From an uncultured Chloroflexia bacterium (GTDB lineage: Bacteria; Chloroflexota; Dehalococcoidia; DSTF01; JALHUB01): a stretch of DNA of 64,000 nt. Numbering within the stretch: the first letter of the stretch is position 1; the number at the start of each line of letters is the position of its first letter. Location of the stretch: assembly GCA_963703345.1 (NCBI GenBank), contig OY969814.1, positions 96,001 through 160,000 on the forward strand. Direction: 5' to 3'. The notes beneath the pieces were generated by a model that saw nothing but the letters and a program-made list of their open reading frames with translations, made no database searches and had not been told where the DNA came from. Positions 51,895 through 63,243 of this stretch are shown in pieces. Position numbers and translations under genes: made by a program.

Positions 51895-53061
51895 CTACGG
51901 GTACGTTAGGTGGCCGTCCAGAAGCGCCCGCGAAATGATGACGCGGTGGATCTGGCTGGTCCCTTCGACGATCATGAGCTGGCGGGCGTCGCGGTAGTGG
52001 CGCTCCAGCGGGTGATCGCGCATGTAGCCCTGCGCGCCTAGCACCTGCAGCGCATCGGAAGACACCTTGACCGCCGTCTCTGTCGCGAAGGCCTTGGCGA
52101 CCGACAGCATGTGCGAGTCCTGGCGCCGGAACCGGCCGCGGTCGACCAGCCAGGCCGCCTGGTAGGTCAGGAGGCGCGCCCCCTCGACCTGGATCGCCAT
52201 GTCGGCGAACATGAACTGAATCGCCTGAAGCTCAGCGATCGGCCCGCCGAATGCCTCGCGCTGGCGGGCGAAGTTCAGCGCATAAGCCAGGGCGCCTTCG
52301 GCAAGACCGAGGCCGCGGGCAGCGACGATGGGGCGGACGCTGTTCAGCGTCGCCAGGACAGCGGCGAAAGCTTCGTTCTCCTTTCCGCCGAGCAGATTGT
52401 CATCCGGCACAAAGCAGTCCTGGAACGCCAGGAGTGCCGTGGCCACGCCGCGCACACCCATTTTCTCGTCGAGGCGGGCGACGGAGTAGCCGGGCGTCGT
52501 CTTCGGGACGATGAAGCCGGAGATGCCGCGCGCTCGGGCAGCCGGATCGGTTTTGGCGAACATCGTCACGTAGTCAGCGACGGCGCCGCCCGAAATGAAC
52601 GCCTTTTCGCCGTTCACCACGTAGCCGCCGTCTTTGCGGATCGCCCGTGCCTGAATAGCGGCCGCATCGGAGCCAGCGTTGGGCTCTGTCAGACCGAAGG
52701 CGGCACGAAGCTCTCCCTTCGCGACCGGCGGCAGGTACCGCTTCCTCTGCTCCTCCGTCCCACCGAGAACGATCGGCTGCGTCGGCAAAGCGGTGAGCAA
52801 AAGGACGAGGCCGGAGGCGCAGCAGTACTTCGCGACCTCCTCGACGGCGAGGGCGAGGGCGAGGAAGCCGGCACCGCTGCCGCTGTATTCGGAAGGGATC
52901 GTCAGGCCGAGCAGACCGGCGTCGCGGAAGACGTGGAACAGCTCGTCCGGGTAGGTTGCGGTCGCGTCTATCTCGGCCGCTCTCGGCGCCACTTGCTCGC
53001 GGGCGATGCGTCGCGCAACGCCGCGGATCATCTCATGCTCTTCGCTCAGTTCAAAGTCCAA
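51895..53061 (-). CDS. acyl-CoA dehydrogenase
   Basis: FGLTEPNAGSDA, NGEKAFIS, KMGVRG, RDARQLMIVEGTSQI. Confidence 0.95.
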   Translation of the reverse strand: MDFELSEEHEMIRGVARRIAREQVAPRAAEIDATATYPDELFHVFRDAGLLGLTIPSEYSGSGAGFLALALAVEEVAKYCCASGLVLLLTALPTQPIVLGGTEEQRKRYLPPVAKGELRAAFGLTEPNAGSDAAAIQARAIRKDGGYVVNGEKAFISGGAVADYVTMFAKTDPAARARGISGFIVPKTTPGYSVARLDEKMGVRGVATALLAFQDCFVPDDNLLGGKENEAFAAVLATLNSVRPIVAARGLGLAEGALAYALNFARQREAFGGPIAELQAIQFMFADMAIQVEGARLLTYQAAWLVDRGRFRRQDSHMLSVAKAFATETAVKVSSDALQVLGAQGYMRDHPLERHYRDARQLMIVEGTSQIHRVIISRALLDGHLTYP

Positions 53062-53128
53062 GTCCCCTAACTCCTTCCGTCGATGCGCCTAAGGGAGGAA
53101 GCGGCCCGCCGCGCGGGCCCTCTGCGGG

Positions 53129-53157
53129 TTGACGGCATCGAATACCGAGCCTAGAAT
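53129..53157 (+). promoter_or_regulatory. sigma70 promoter upstream of SAM riboswitch
   Basis: TTGACG-N17-TAGAAT. Confidence 0.8.
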
Positions 53158-53183
53158 AAAATAACAACTGAATACGGTAAACG

Positions 53184-53302
53184 CTCTTATCCAGAGTGGT
53201 GGAGGGATCGGCCCTACGAAGCCCGGCAACCAGTTTGGGAGGACGGAAGTCCCTCAGCATGGTGCCAAGTCCGACCCTGCCGGCAGCAGGGAGAGATGAG
53301 AG
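53184..53302 (+). ncRNA. SAM-I (S-box) riboswitch aptamer
   Basis: CTCTTATCCAGAG-GGTGGAGGGA..GGCCC..GAAGCCCGGCAACC...GGTGCCAA.TCC...GATGAGAG; P1 pairing; metK/ahcY downstream. Confidence 0.95.
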
Positions 53303-53309
53303 TAGGTTG

Positions 53310-53339
53310 AACTTCTCACACCACGAGAAGTTTTTTGTT
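53310..53339 (+). terminator. riboswitch expression-platform terminator
   Basis: AACTTCTC-acaccac-GAGAAGTT followed by a T run. Confidence 0.85.
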
Positions 53340-53382
53340 GCCTTTTTCCACGTGGGCATAAGCGAATACAGGATCGACGAGA

Positions 53383-54342
53383 ATGGTAGCGGGCTGGCCT
53401 GATTTTCTGCGCGATGATCCAACCGATTGGCTTCTCGAAGAAGACAATCCATCCGTACGTTACCTGACTCTGCGCTCGCTACTGGATCTCGACGAGGCGC
53501 ACAGCCAGGTCGTGCCCGCCAGACAGGCCATCATGAACGAGGGCCCCGTCCCGGCGATCCTGGCCGCGCAGCATCCGGATGGCTACTGGTTCAAACCGGG
53601 CCACGGCTATTCGCCGAAGTATCGAAGCACTGTCTGGCAGGTCATATTCCTCGCGGAACTGGCCGCCGACGGCTCGGATGAGCAGGTCGCCAAGGCGTGC
53701 GAGTACGTCCTTACGCACAGCAGGACGAAAAGCGGCGCGTTCACGGCAACGAAGGACCGTAGCGGCGCCGTCGACTGCCTCAATGGCAACATGATCCACG
53801 CCTTCTATCGTCTCGGTTGGGGAGCGGATGAACGCGTCGGGGAGGCGGTGCAGGAACTGGCCGGCGCTGTTGCCAGCAGGCACTTCGAGTGTGGGCCGAA
53901 CGGCAGGCTGCCCTGCGCCTGGGGCGCGGTCAAAGCGTTGCTGGCGTTTTCCGCGATGCCGCTGGTGGAGCGCGTCGGGCCGGTGAAAGCAGCTATCGAC
54001 GAGGGCGTTGCGTTCCTCTTGAGTCGCAACCTTGCCGTCGGCGACTATCCCTGCAGCAAGACTGTGAGCTCCAACTGGCAGAAGTTCGGATTCCCGCTCA
54101 GCTACACCAGCAACATCCTTGAGGCGCTCAACGCGCTGGCCCGGCTCGGCCACGGGTCCGAGCCGGGGCTGCGAGACGCCATAAGACACGTCCTCTGGAA
54201 GCAAGACGAGCACGGACGCTGGCGGATGGAGACCAGCCTGAACGGCAAGATGTGGGTGGACATCGAGGCGAAAGGAAAGCCGAGCAAGTGGGTGACGTTT
54301 CAGGCCCTTCAGATGCTGAAGCGGGTCTTCGGAGGGAACTAG
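53383..54342 (+). CDS. uncharacterised prenyltransferase/squalene-cyclase repeat (alpha/alpha barrel) protein
   Basis: QW-like repeats AQHPDGYW and KQDEHGRW, SPKYRSTVW, FGFP, GKPSKWVT; no DxDD motif. Confidence 0.7.
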   Translation: MVAGWPDFLRDDPTDWLLEEDNPSVRYLTLRSLLDLDEAHSQVVPARQAIMNEGPVPAILAAQHPDGYWFKPGHGYSPKYRSTVWQVIFLAELAADGSDEQVAKACEYVLTHSRTKSGAFTATKDRSGAVDCLNGNMIHAFYRLGWGADERVGEAVQELAGAVASRHFECGPNGRLPCAWGAVKALLAFSAMPLVERVGPVKAAIDEGVAFLLSRNLAVGDYPCSKTVSSNWQKFGFPLSYTSNILEALNALARLGHGSEPGLRDAIRHVLWKQDEHGRWRMETSLNGKMWVDIEAKGKPSKWVTFQALQMLKRVFGGN

Positions 54343-54343
54343 C

Positions 54344-55231
54344 TTGAGCGAAGCGAAAGTCGCGGCGATCGGCGGCAGCGGCTTCTATGAAATGGCCGGC
54401 CTGGAGCACAGCCGGGAAGTCCACGTCCAAACGCCGTTCGGGGAGCCTAGCGATGCCATCCTGCTCGGCACGCTCGGCAAGGTGCGCATCGCCTTCCTGC
54501 CGCGGCACGGCAAAGACCATCGTCTCCTGCCCGGCGAGGTGCCGGCGCGCGCCAACGTCTACGCGCTGAAGACACTGGGAGTGGAGCGCATCATCTCCGT
54601 CAACGCCGTCGGGAGCCTGCGCGAGGAGATTGCGCCACGACACATGGTCGTGCCGGACCAACTGATCGACCGGACCGTGGCGCGCTCCAGCACCTTCTTC
54701 GGCGACGGCCTCGTCGCGCACATCTCCTTCGCCGATCCCTTTTGCCCCGAACTGAGGCGCTCTCTGGCCGAGGGCGTTCGCCGAAGTGGGGCCTCGGTGC
54801 ACGAAGGCGGCACAGCGGTCGTGATCGAGGGCCCGTCCTTCTCCACGAGGGCCGAGTCACTGCTCCATCGCTCCTGGGGAGCCGATCTGGTCAGCATGAC
54901 GATGCTCCCGGAAGCCAAGCTGGCGCGCGAGGCGGGCATCTGCTACGCCGCCCTGGCCTGCGTCACCGATTACGACGTTTGGCGCGAGACGTATGCCGAC
55001 GTGACGGCGCAGATGATTCTCGATAATCTTCGGGCGACGGTTGAAAGCGCACGCCGCGCCGTCGCGTTCGCCATTGAGAAGCTTGCGTTTGCGCGAACCT
55101 GCGACTGCGCGTCGGCGCTCGACTATGCGTTGATCACGCAGCCGGAACTGGTGTCCCCGGCGACGCTGCGAAGGCTCGCGCCCATAATGGGCGACCGTTT
55201 TGGCGTAAAGAAGGACGGCGATGGCGGCTAG
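54344..55231 (+). CDS. mtnP: 5'-methylthioadenosine phosphorylase
   Basis: IGGSG, TPFGEPS, RHG, EGPSFSTRAES, PEAKLARE, TDYDVW. Confidence 0.95.
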   Translation: MSEAKVAAIGGSGFYEMAGLEHSREVHVQTPFGEPSDAILLGTLGKVRIAFLPRHGKDHRLLPGEVPARANVYALKTLGVERIISVNAVGSLREEIAPRHMVVPDQLIDRTVARSSTFFGDGLVAHISFADPFCPELRRSLAEGVRRSGASVHEGGTAVVIEGPSFSTRAESLLHRSWGADLVSMTMLPEAKLAREAGICYAALACVTDYDVWRETYADVTAQMILDNLRATVESARRAVAFAIEKLAFARTCDCASALDYALITQPELVSPATLRRLAPIMGDRFGVKKDGDGG

Positions 55232-56150
55232 CAAGACGATCAAGAGCGAACGTCTGCGCGAAGCTTTTCTCATCCGGCAGTTGCGGGAACGGGAGGAGAT
55301 ACGAGCGCTGCTTCAACCGCACCGACGCTACGCCGCCTACGGCCTGGCGCAATTGGAGTCGCCGCTGTTCGAGCAATCGCAGTGGTGGCTGGCGGAGGAC
55401 GGTGCCGAAGGAGCTCTCCTCATGCATTCGCGGGGTGGGCTCGGGCACGCACTCTTGGCCCTCGGGGACGAAATCGGCCTCTACGCCCTCCTCAGTCTCC
55501 ATCCAGGCCCCGTCTACTCCTTCGCGACGGCAGAGCTGAGCCACGCGGGAGTGATGCGCCACTTCTTCTCGCTATCGCAAAAGCAGCCGCTGCAACGGAT
55601 GGTCGTTGACAGGCGCGGCTTCGAAGCCCCGTCGTTGCGGGGCGAGAGGCCGGAGGCGGAGTTGCGGCGTCTCACGGGTCGCGATACGGCTGCGGTGAAC
55701 CTCCTGAACCGCGGCGAGAGCGAAGGCATCAGCTATCGCAGCTCGCAGATCAAGGACGGAATCTATTTCGGCGTATTCCTCGACGGCGTGCTGGTGGCGA
55801 TGGCCGGCACCCACGGCGTCGCCCAATCGGAAAGAATCGCCGTGCTGGGCAACGTCTTCACGCACCCCGTCCATCGGAACGGCCACTACGCCCTTCTGGC
55901 AACAGGCGCTGTCACCCGCGAATTGCTCGAGAGCTGCGACGAGGTGGTTCTGAGCGTGAACCCCCGCAACGAAGCGGCGGTGAGCGTATATAGACGACTT
56001 GGCTATCGCACCGACAGCGACCTCATCGAGACCGCTGTCACGCGCATGGAGACGCTTGGGTTGCCAAGCCTGGCGCGACGGCTGCTTGCCCGCTGGCGCG
56101 GCCGGGAAAGCGGCGCAGAGCTCGTCTACTCGCCCGCCAGACGCGGATAG
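55221..56150 (+). CDS. GNAT family N-acetyltransferase
   Basis: LVAMAGTH, LGNVFTHPVHR, NEAAVSVYRRLGY. Confidence 0.85.
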   Translation: MAASKTIKSERLREAFLIRQLREREEIRALLQPHRRYAAYGLAQLESPLFEQSQWWLAEDGAEGALLMHSRGGLGHALLALGDEIGLYALLSLHPGPVYSFATAELSHAGVMRHFFSLSQKQPLQRMVVDRRGFEAPSLRGERPEAELRRLTGRDTAAVNLLNRGESEGISYRSSQIKDGIYFGVFLDGVLVAMAGTHGVAQSERIAVLGNVFTHPVHRNGHYALLATGAVTRELLESCDEVVLSVNPRNEAAVSVYRRLGYRTDSDLIETAVTRMETLGLPSLARRLLARWRGRESGAELVYSPARRG

Positions 56151-56169
56151 TTCAAACGAAGGAGTCTAA

Positions 56170-57450
<1,281 letters not shown>

Positions 57451-57484
57451 GTTATCATGACCCGCTCAAGATGAGGAGGGAGAG

Positions 57485-58753
57485 ATGTCTACAACCTTCG
57501 TGAAGTCGCCGTCGCTCATGCTGACGTCGGAGTCGGTGACGGAGGGCCACCCCGACAAGCTGTGCGACCAGATATCGGACGCGGTCCTCGACGCCATCCT
57601 GGCCCAGGACCCCCATGCCCGCGTAGCCTGTGAGGCGGCGGCGACAACCGGCTTCGTGATAGTTATGGGCGAAATCACGACGAGCTGCTACGTCGATATT
57701 CCCTGCATCGTGAGGGAAACCGTAAAGCAGATGGGCTACACGCACGCCAAGTACGGGTTCGACTACGAGACTTGCGGCGTTTTGGTGTCGATCAAGGAGC
57801 AGTCGAAGGATATAGCCTGTGGCGTTGACCGGTCGCTGGAGTTGCGGGAAGGCATGAGCAGCGACGTCGATCTGGAGCGCGGCGCCGGCGACCAGGGGAT
57901 GATGGTCGGCTTCGCCTGCGTCGAGACTCCGGAGCTCATGCCACTGCCGATATCGCTGGCACACCGGCTGTGCAAGCGGCTGGCCGAAGTGCGGAAGGAC
58001 GGCACGCTTCACTACCTACGACCGGACGGGAAGTCGCAGGTGACGGTGGAATACGCATACGGTATCCCAAAGCGCATCGAGGCGGTGGTCATAGCGGCCC
58101 AGCATGACGCCGTGGTCAAGCAGGAGCGGCTGCACCGGGACGTCATGGAGCAGGTCATCCGCCACGTCCTGCCGGCCGAGCTCCTGGACGCCAACACCAA
58201 GTACTTCATCAACGCAACCGGCCGCTTCGAGATCGGTGGGCCGATGGGAGACGCGGGACTGACCGGTCGGAAGATCATAGTCGACACGTACGGCGGCATC
58301 GCGCGGCACGGCGGCGGCTGCTTCTCGGGCAAAGACCCGACGAAGGTGGACCGTTCCGGGGCGTATGCGGCGCGCTACGTCGCGAAAAACCTCGTCGCGG
58401 CCGGGCTGGCGGACCGGCTGGAACTGCACGTCTCCTACGCCATCGGCGTCTCGCATCCGACGTCGCTGTCGGTGGAGACGTTTGGGACGAACCGCATCTC
58501 TGACGAGCAGATCCTGGAGCTTGTGCGCAAGCACTTCGACTTGCGGCCGGAAGCCGTCATCCGCGGCCTAGGGCTAAGACGCCCCATCTACCTTCCGACA
58601 GCCTGCTACGGCCACTTCGGGCGAGAGGATGTAGACGCCCCCTGGGAGAAGACCGACACGGCGGAGCAGTTGCGTCGCGAGGCCGGCCTCACGGCGACGG
58701 AAGTGGAGGCGGAGCGCGCGGCCCAACGCGTCGACGCGCGTTCGCAGTCCTGA
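57485..58753 (+). CDS. metK: S-adenosylmethionine synthetase
   Basis: [40 protein letters not shown]. Confidence 0.97.
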   Translation: MSTTFVKSPSLMLTSESVTEGHPDKLCDQISDAVLDAILAQDPHARVACEAAATTGFVIVMGEITTSCYVDIPCIVRETVKQMGYTHAKYGFDYETCGVLVSIKEQSKDIACGVDRSLELREGMSSDVDLERGAGDQGMMVGFACVETPELMPLPISLAHRLCKRLAEVRKDGTLHYLRPDGKSQVTVEYAYGIPKRIEAVVIAAQHDAVVKQERLHRDVMEQVIRHVLPAELLDANTKYFINATGRFEIGGPMGDAGLTGRKIIVDTYGGIARHGGGCFSGKDPTKVDRSGAYAARYVAKNLVAAGLADRLELHVSYAIGVSHPTSLSVETFGTNRISDEQILELVRKHFDLRPEAVIRGLGLRRPIYLPTACYGHFGREDVDAPWEKTDTAEQLRREAGLTATEVEAERAAQRVDARSQS

Positions 58754-58937
58754 GCATATCTGCCGTCCCTCTCCCGCCAGAACCTGCCCCTCCAGGTTCG
58801 CCGCGACCCGATGCCGGGGAGCCTAGCGCTTTTCCCGACCGAGGGGTTACATTCATAGGGTACTAACCGGAAAAGTTCGCCTCTTCTGACGGAGAGAGCG
58901 GCGGAAAGGGGGACCGCGAGGTCGCCGCCCCCTGGAG

Positions 58938-60344
58938 ATGGGCATGAGTGCAAATAGGGCGAAAACACTGGGAGAGTTGCGCGACTCCGGCTATCGCGTG
59001 AAGCCGGTGCGAGAAGAGATTCGCGACAACCTCATCCGCAAGATACGCAGCCGGCAGCCGCTGTTTCCCGGCGTAATCGGCTTCGAGGAGAGCGTCCTGC
59101 CGCAACTGGAGAACGCCATCCTGTCCGGACAGGACGTCATTCTCCTCGGCGAGAGAGGCCAGGCCAAATCCCGCCTCATCCGCCAGTTGGCGACGTTGCT
59201 TGACGAGGCCGTGCCCGCCGTCGCCGGCTGCGAGATCAACGATGATCCGTTCGCTCCCATTTGTCGCGCCTGCCGCGATCGGGCAAGCGAGGGAGGCGAC
59301 GACCTGCCGATAGCCTGGCTGTCGCCCGAGGAACGCTACGGAGAGAAGCTGGCGACGCCGGATATCACCATCGCCGATCTCATCGGCGAGATCGATCCGA
59401 TCAAGGTCGCTGAGGGCCGCTATCTTTCGGACGAACTGACCATTCACTACGGTCTCATACCACGTAGCAACCGCGGTATCTTCTCAATCAACGAGTTGCC
59501 GGACCTGGCCGAGCGCATCCAGGTGGGCCTTCTCAACATCATGGAGGAGCGCGATATTCAGATCCGCGGCTATCGCGTCCGCCTCCCGCTAGACGTCTTC
59601 ATCGTCGCCAGCGCCAATCCGGAGGACTACACGAACCGCGGGCGCATCATTACGCCGCTCAAGGACCGCTTCGGCGCGCAGATACGCACCCACTATCCGC
59701 GGACTGTGGACGATGAGATAAGCGTCATGGAGCAGGAGGCGCGTCCTCTTCCCAAAGAAGCGAAGGACGTGTTCGTGCCTCAGTACATGAAAGAGATCGT
59801 GGCCGAGATCACCCGCCTGGCGCGTCGCAGCCCCGACGTTAACCAACGCTCCGGCGTGTCGGTGCGCGCGTCGATCACCGACTACGAGACTCTTCTCTCC
59901 AACGCCCTGCGGCGGGCAATTCGCCTCAATGAGGAAGAGGTCGTGCCACGCATAAGCGATCTGTACTACCTGACGCCGGCCCTCAGCGGCAAGATCGAGT
60001 TCGAGACGCTGGATGAGGGCCGCGAAGAGCAGATCCTCGAAAGGCTCATCGCCGCCGGCGTGCTTTCCGTCTTCAACCGCTACTTCAATCTGGATGATCT
60101 CGACGAAACCGTGGCGGGCTTCAAAGCCGGCCTCGTTGTGGAAGCGTCAGACCTGGCGCCGGCGGAGAGCTACGTCGCGCTGCTGCAGATGGTGCCCGGC
60201 CTGGAGCGTGGTGTCGCGCACCTGAAAGTCGGCGAAAGGCCGGCGGCCGTCGCCTCCGCCGTCGAATTCGTCCTCGAAGGGCTTCACCTCAACAAGCGCC
60301 TCAACAAAGACAGAGTGTCCCGCCGCGTGCACTACCGAGGCTAA
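58938..60344 (+). CDS. ChlI/magnesium-chelatase-like AAA+ ATPase
   Basis: GERGQAKS Walker A, INELPDL, SANPEDYTNRG, LKDRF. Confidence 0.88.
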   Translation: MGMSANRAKTLGELRDSGYRVKPVREEIRDNLIRKIRSRQPLFPGVIGFEESVLPQLENAILSGQDVILLGERGQAKSRLIRQLATLLDEAVPAVAGCEINDDPFAPICRACRDRASEGGDDLPIAWLSPEERYGEKLATPDITIADLIGEIDPIKVAEGRYLSDELTIHYGLIPRSNRGIFSINELPDLAERIQVGLLNIMEERDIQIRGYRVRLPLDVFIVASANPEDYTNRGRIITPLKDRFGAQIRTHYPRTVDDEISVMEQEARPLPKEAKDVFVPQYMKEIVAEITRLARRSPDVNQRSGVSVRASITDYETLLSNALRRAIRLNEEEVVPRISDLYYLTPALSGKIEFETLDEGREEQILERLIAAGVLSVFNRYFNLDDLDETVAGFKAGLVVEASDLAPAESYVALLQMVPGLERGVAHLKVGERPAAVASAVEFVLEGLHLNKRLNKDRVSRRVHYRG

Positions 60345-60347
60345 GAC

Positions 60348-62414
60348 ATGCAGCGATACCGCTACTCCAAATGGAGCGGAAGCCAGGATTCTCCGTCCCT
60401 CGACGCCGATGACCTGCTTCGCGGCCTGACGGACGATCTGCTTAGCTTCGGCGATCTCCCACACGCCCTTCGCGGGCTGCTCCAACGCGGCCTCCAGAAC
60501 CAGCAGGGGCAGCGCTTCGCCGGCCTCCGCGAGTTGCTGAGGCGGCTCCGCCAGCATCGGCGGCAGCTACTCGAACGCTACGACCTGACATCGGTGATGG
60601 AGGACATTCGCCAGCGCGTCGACGAGGTCTTGCGCATGGAAAAGAGCACGCTGCGACGCCGTCTGGACGAGGCGCAGATCGGCTTCGAGACGCAGACCGC
60701 GCCTGACGAAGCCGCCGCTGAAGCAGTCGAAGGGCACGAGGAGGAACCGGAGCAGCAGTTCGCGGCCATGCTCAAGAGCATCATCGAACGCAAGCAAGAA
60801 TACCTGAAGCGCCTGCCGACTGACGTCGGCGGCCAGGTGAAGGGCCTTCAAGACTATGAGTTTATCGATCCGGAGGCGCAGAACAAGTTCCAGGAACTGC
60901 TGGAGATGCTCCGGAAAGCGATGCTCAACTCCTTCTTCAAGGAGTTGCACCGTCGCATCTCCGACATGTCGCCGGAGCAGATGGCGCGCCTGAAGGAGAT
61001 GGTGAAAGACTTGAACCGGATGCTCTCGGAGAAGGTGGCCGGCGAAGAGCCCAACTTCGACGAGTTCATGAGCAAGCACGGCGATCTTTTCGGCCCGCAG
61101 CCGCCGCGGAACCTTGAAGAGCTGATCGCCCAGATGCAGCAGCAGATCGGCCAGATGACGGCCGTGCTCGACAGCCTGCCGCCGGATCTGCGTTCGCAGC
61201 TCCACGACCTGCTGAGCGAGAAGAACGCCGACCCGGAGCTGGCCGACGAGCTGAACGAGCTCGCCGCCGGCTTAGAGCTGCTCTACCCGATGAACCTCCT
61301 GCGCAGCCGCTACTCGTTCCGCGGCGACGAAGGGCTGGACATTACTGAAGCAATGCGCCTCATGGACCACATGCAAGACCTCGACGGTCTGGAGAATCAG
61401 TTGGAGCGCGTAGAGCAAGGGGGTGACATCACCGAAATAGACCCCGAGAGGGTCGAGCGGCTGCTCGGGGCGGACGCGAAGGAATCGTTCGAGCAGCTAC
61501 GGCGCTTCCTGGAGGTGCTGGAACAGGAGGGATACATCCGTCGCAAGGGACGGGGCTGGGAGTTGACGCCCCGTGCGATCCGCAAGATCGGCGAGAAAGC
61601 GCTCGAGGAGGTCTACGCGCGCATTCGGGCGGGCCGCGCCGGCCGGCACTTGACGCGCGATGTCGGCCTCATCGGAGACCGCGCCGACGAAACGAAGCGG
61701 TACGAGTTCGGCGACCCGATGCATCTTCACCTTCAGCAGACGATCATGAACTCGCTGCAAAGGGAGCCGTCGTTCGGGCCGCCGGTCCGGTTGGAGGAAG
61801 ACGACTTCGAAGTCTACCGGAGCGAGCTGCTGTCGCAAACGGCGACGGTGGTGCTGGTCGACCTCTCTTGGTCGATGGCGCTGCGCGGGAGCTTCCAGGC
61901 AGCAAAGAAGGTGGCGCTGGCGCTGAACAGCTTGATAAGCAGCAAGTTCGCCCGCGACTCGCTCTATATCGTCGGTTTCTCCGCTTATGCCCGCGAAGTC
62001 AAGCCGCAGGAGTTGCCGTACCTGAACTGGGACGAGTCAGTCTTGGGCACGAACATGCACCACGCGCTAATCATCGCGCAGAGATTGCTGGCGAAACACA
62101 AAGTCGGCACGCGCCAGATAATCATGATCTCCGACGGCGAGCCGACGGCCCACCTGGAGCGCGGACGCTCGCTTTTCGCCTATCCGCCGAGCGCCGCCAC
62201 AATCCGCGAGACGCTACGTGAGGTGAAACGTTGCACCGATAGCGGCACAGTCATTAACACCTTCATGCTAGACCGCAACTACCAGTTGAATGACTTCGTC
62301 GACAAGATGGCGAAGATCAACAAGGGGCGCATCTTCTACACGACGCCGGAGCGTCTGGGCGAGTACGTGCTGGTGGACTACGTGTCGCGCAAGCGGAAGC
62401 GCGTGCGCTCCTGA
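60348..62414 (+). CDS. coiled-coil plus VWA domain protein
   Basis: MIDAS DLSWS...GTN...SDGE; YRYSKW N-terminus; long helical region. Confidence 0.88.
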   Translation: MQRYRYSKWSGSQDSPSLDADDLLRGLTDDLLSFGDLPHALRGLLQRGLQNQQGQRFAGLRELLRRLRQHRRQLLERYDLTSVMEDIRQRVDEVLRMEKSTLRRRLDEAQIGFETQTAPDEAAAEAVEGHEEEPEQQFAAMLKSIIERKQEYLKRLPTDVGGQVKGLQDYEFIDPEAQNKFQELLEMLRKAMLNSFFKELHRRISDMSPEQMARLKEMVKDLNRMLSEKVAGEEPNFDEFMSKHGDLFGPQPPRNLEELIAQMQQQIGQMTAVLDSLPPDLRSQLHDLLSEKNADPELADELNELAAGLELLYPMNLLRSRYSFRGDEGLDITEAMRLMDHMQDLDGLENQLERVEQGGDITEIDPERVERLLGADAKESFEQLRRFLEVLEQEGYIRRKGRGWELTPRAIRKIGEKALEEVYARIRAGRAGRHLTRDVGLIGDRADETKRYEFGDPMHLHLQQTIMNSLQREPSFGPPVRLEEDDFEVYRSELLSQTATVVLVDLSWSMALRGSFQAAKKVALALNSLISSKFARDSLYIVGFSAYAREVKPQELPYLNWDESVLGTNMHHALIIAQRLLAKHKVGTRQIIMISDGEPTAHLERGRSLFAYPPSAATIRETLREVKRCTDSGTVINTFMLDRNYQLNDFVDKMAKINKGRIFYTTPERLGEYVLVDYVSRKRKRVRS

Positions 62415-62432
62415 CGCTTCCACACCCGGCTG

Positions 62433-62750
62433 TCAGCGCTCCGATGATTCGTCTAGCCAGGGCAACGCCGCGCCGGGCACCAAACCGAAGCGCGCCCACA
62501 TCTTCAACGTCTCTCGCAACTCTTGCAGACGTTCCGGGTCGGCCTTCAGATCCTTCAAGAGGCACTTCTCGATGTGCGTCTCCATGAGCATCAGCCCAAC
62601 CTGGTCGAGTCCGGCCCGCACGGCCATCAACTGCGTCAGCATCTGCTCACAGGCGCGGTCCTCCTCCACCATGCGCTGAATGCCCCTGATCTGCCCTTCC
62701 AGGCGCCTAAGCCGGACGACCGCGTCTGAAGGTTGAAGTTTCGTGTTCAT
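62433..62750 (-). CDS. csoR: CsoR/RcnR family metal-sensing repressor
   Basis: RLRRLEGQIRGIQRM, C in RACEQ, H and C in THIEKC. Confidence 0.9.
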   Translation of the reverse strand: MNTKLQPSDAVVRLRRLEGQIRGIQRMVEEDRACEQMLTQLMAVRAGLDQVGLMLMETHIEKCLLKDLKADPERLQELRETLKMWARFGLVPGAALPWLDESSER

Positions 62751-62798
62751 GTCGCGCCTCACAGGCATTATACTGAACTCGTAGGCACTTGCTCTCTT

Positions 62799-62821
62799 GA
62801 CATACCCTAGGGGGGTATGTC
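62799..62821. promoter_or_regulatory. CsoR-type operator within trxA promoter (-35 TTGACA 62797-62802, -10 CACAAT 62821-62826)
   Basis: GACATACCC-TAGGG-GGGTATGTC, 9-bp inverted repeat with the TAC/C-tract/G-tract/GTA layout of CsoR sites. Confidence 0.85.
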
Positions 62822-62880
62822 ACAATTATCGCGAAGAGAAGCCGAGATGTCAAGCCGCTTCGAGATCGAGGAGGAATGAG

Positions 62881-63207
62881 ATGGCAAGCGTAAGAGACGT
62901 TACGGACGCGACGTTCAACAAAGAAGTGCTCAAGTCCAGCCTGCCGGTGCTGGTTGATTTCTGGGCGCCGTGGTGCGGCCCCTGTCGAATGGTCTCGCCG
63001 CTGGTTGAAGAGCTGGCAGGTGATTTCGCCGGAAAGGTGGACTTCGTAAAGTTGAACACGGACGAAAGCCCAGCGACGGCCACGAACTACGGCATCCGCA
63101 GCATCCCGACGCTGATCATCTTCAAGGCGGGTCAGCCGGTCAGCCAGGTGATAGGCTTCCGCCCCAAGGCCGAGCTCAAGAAGCATATCGAGAGCGCTAT
63201 CAGCTAA
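62881..63207 (+). CDS. trxA: thioredoxin
   Basis: DFWAPWCGPC, IRSIPTL; GAGGAGG RBS. Confidence 0.97.
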   Translation: MASVRDVTDATFNKEVLKSSLPVLVDFWAPWCGPCRMVSPLVEELAGDFAGKVDFVKLNTDESPATATNYGIRSIPTLIIFKAGQPVSQVIGFRPKAELKKHIESAIS

Positions 63208-63243
63208 GGGACTCTCTTGCTGCCCGCTGATCCACCGAGGCGC

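Noticed and set aside
62751-62880. Extended starts for csoR (62768) and trxA (62797) in the ORF track
   Set aside because: These codons lie inside promoter -10 and -35 boxes; downstream starts fit better
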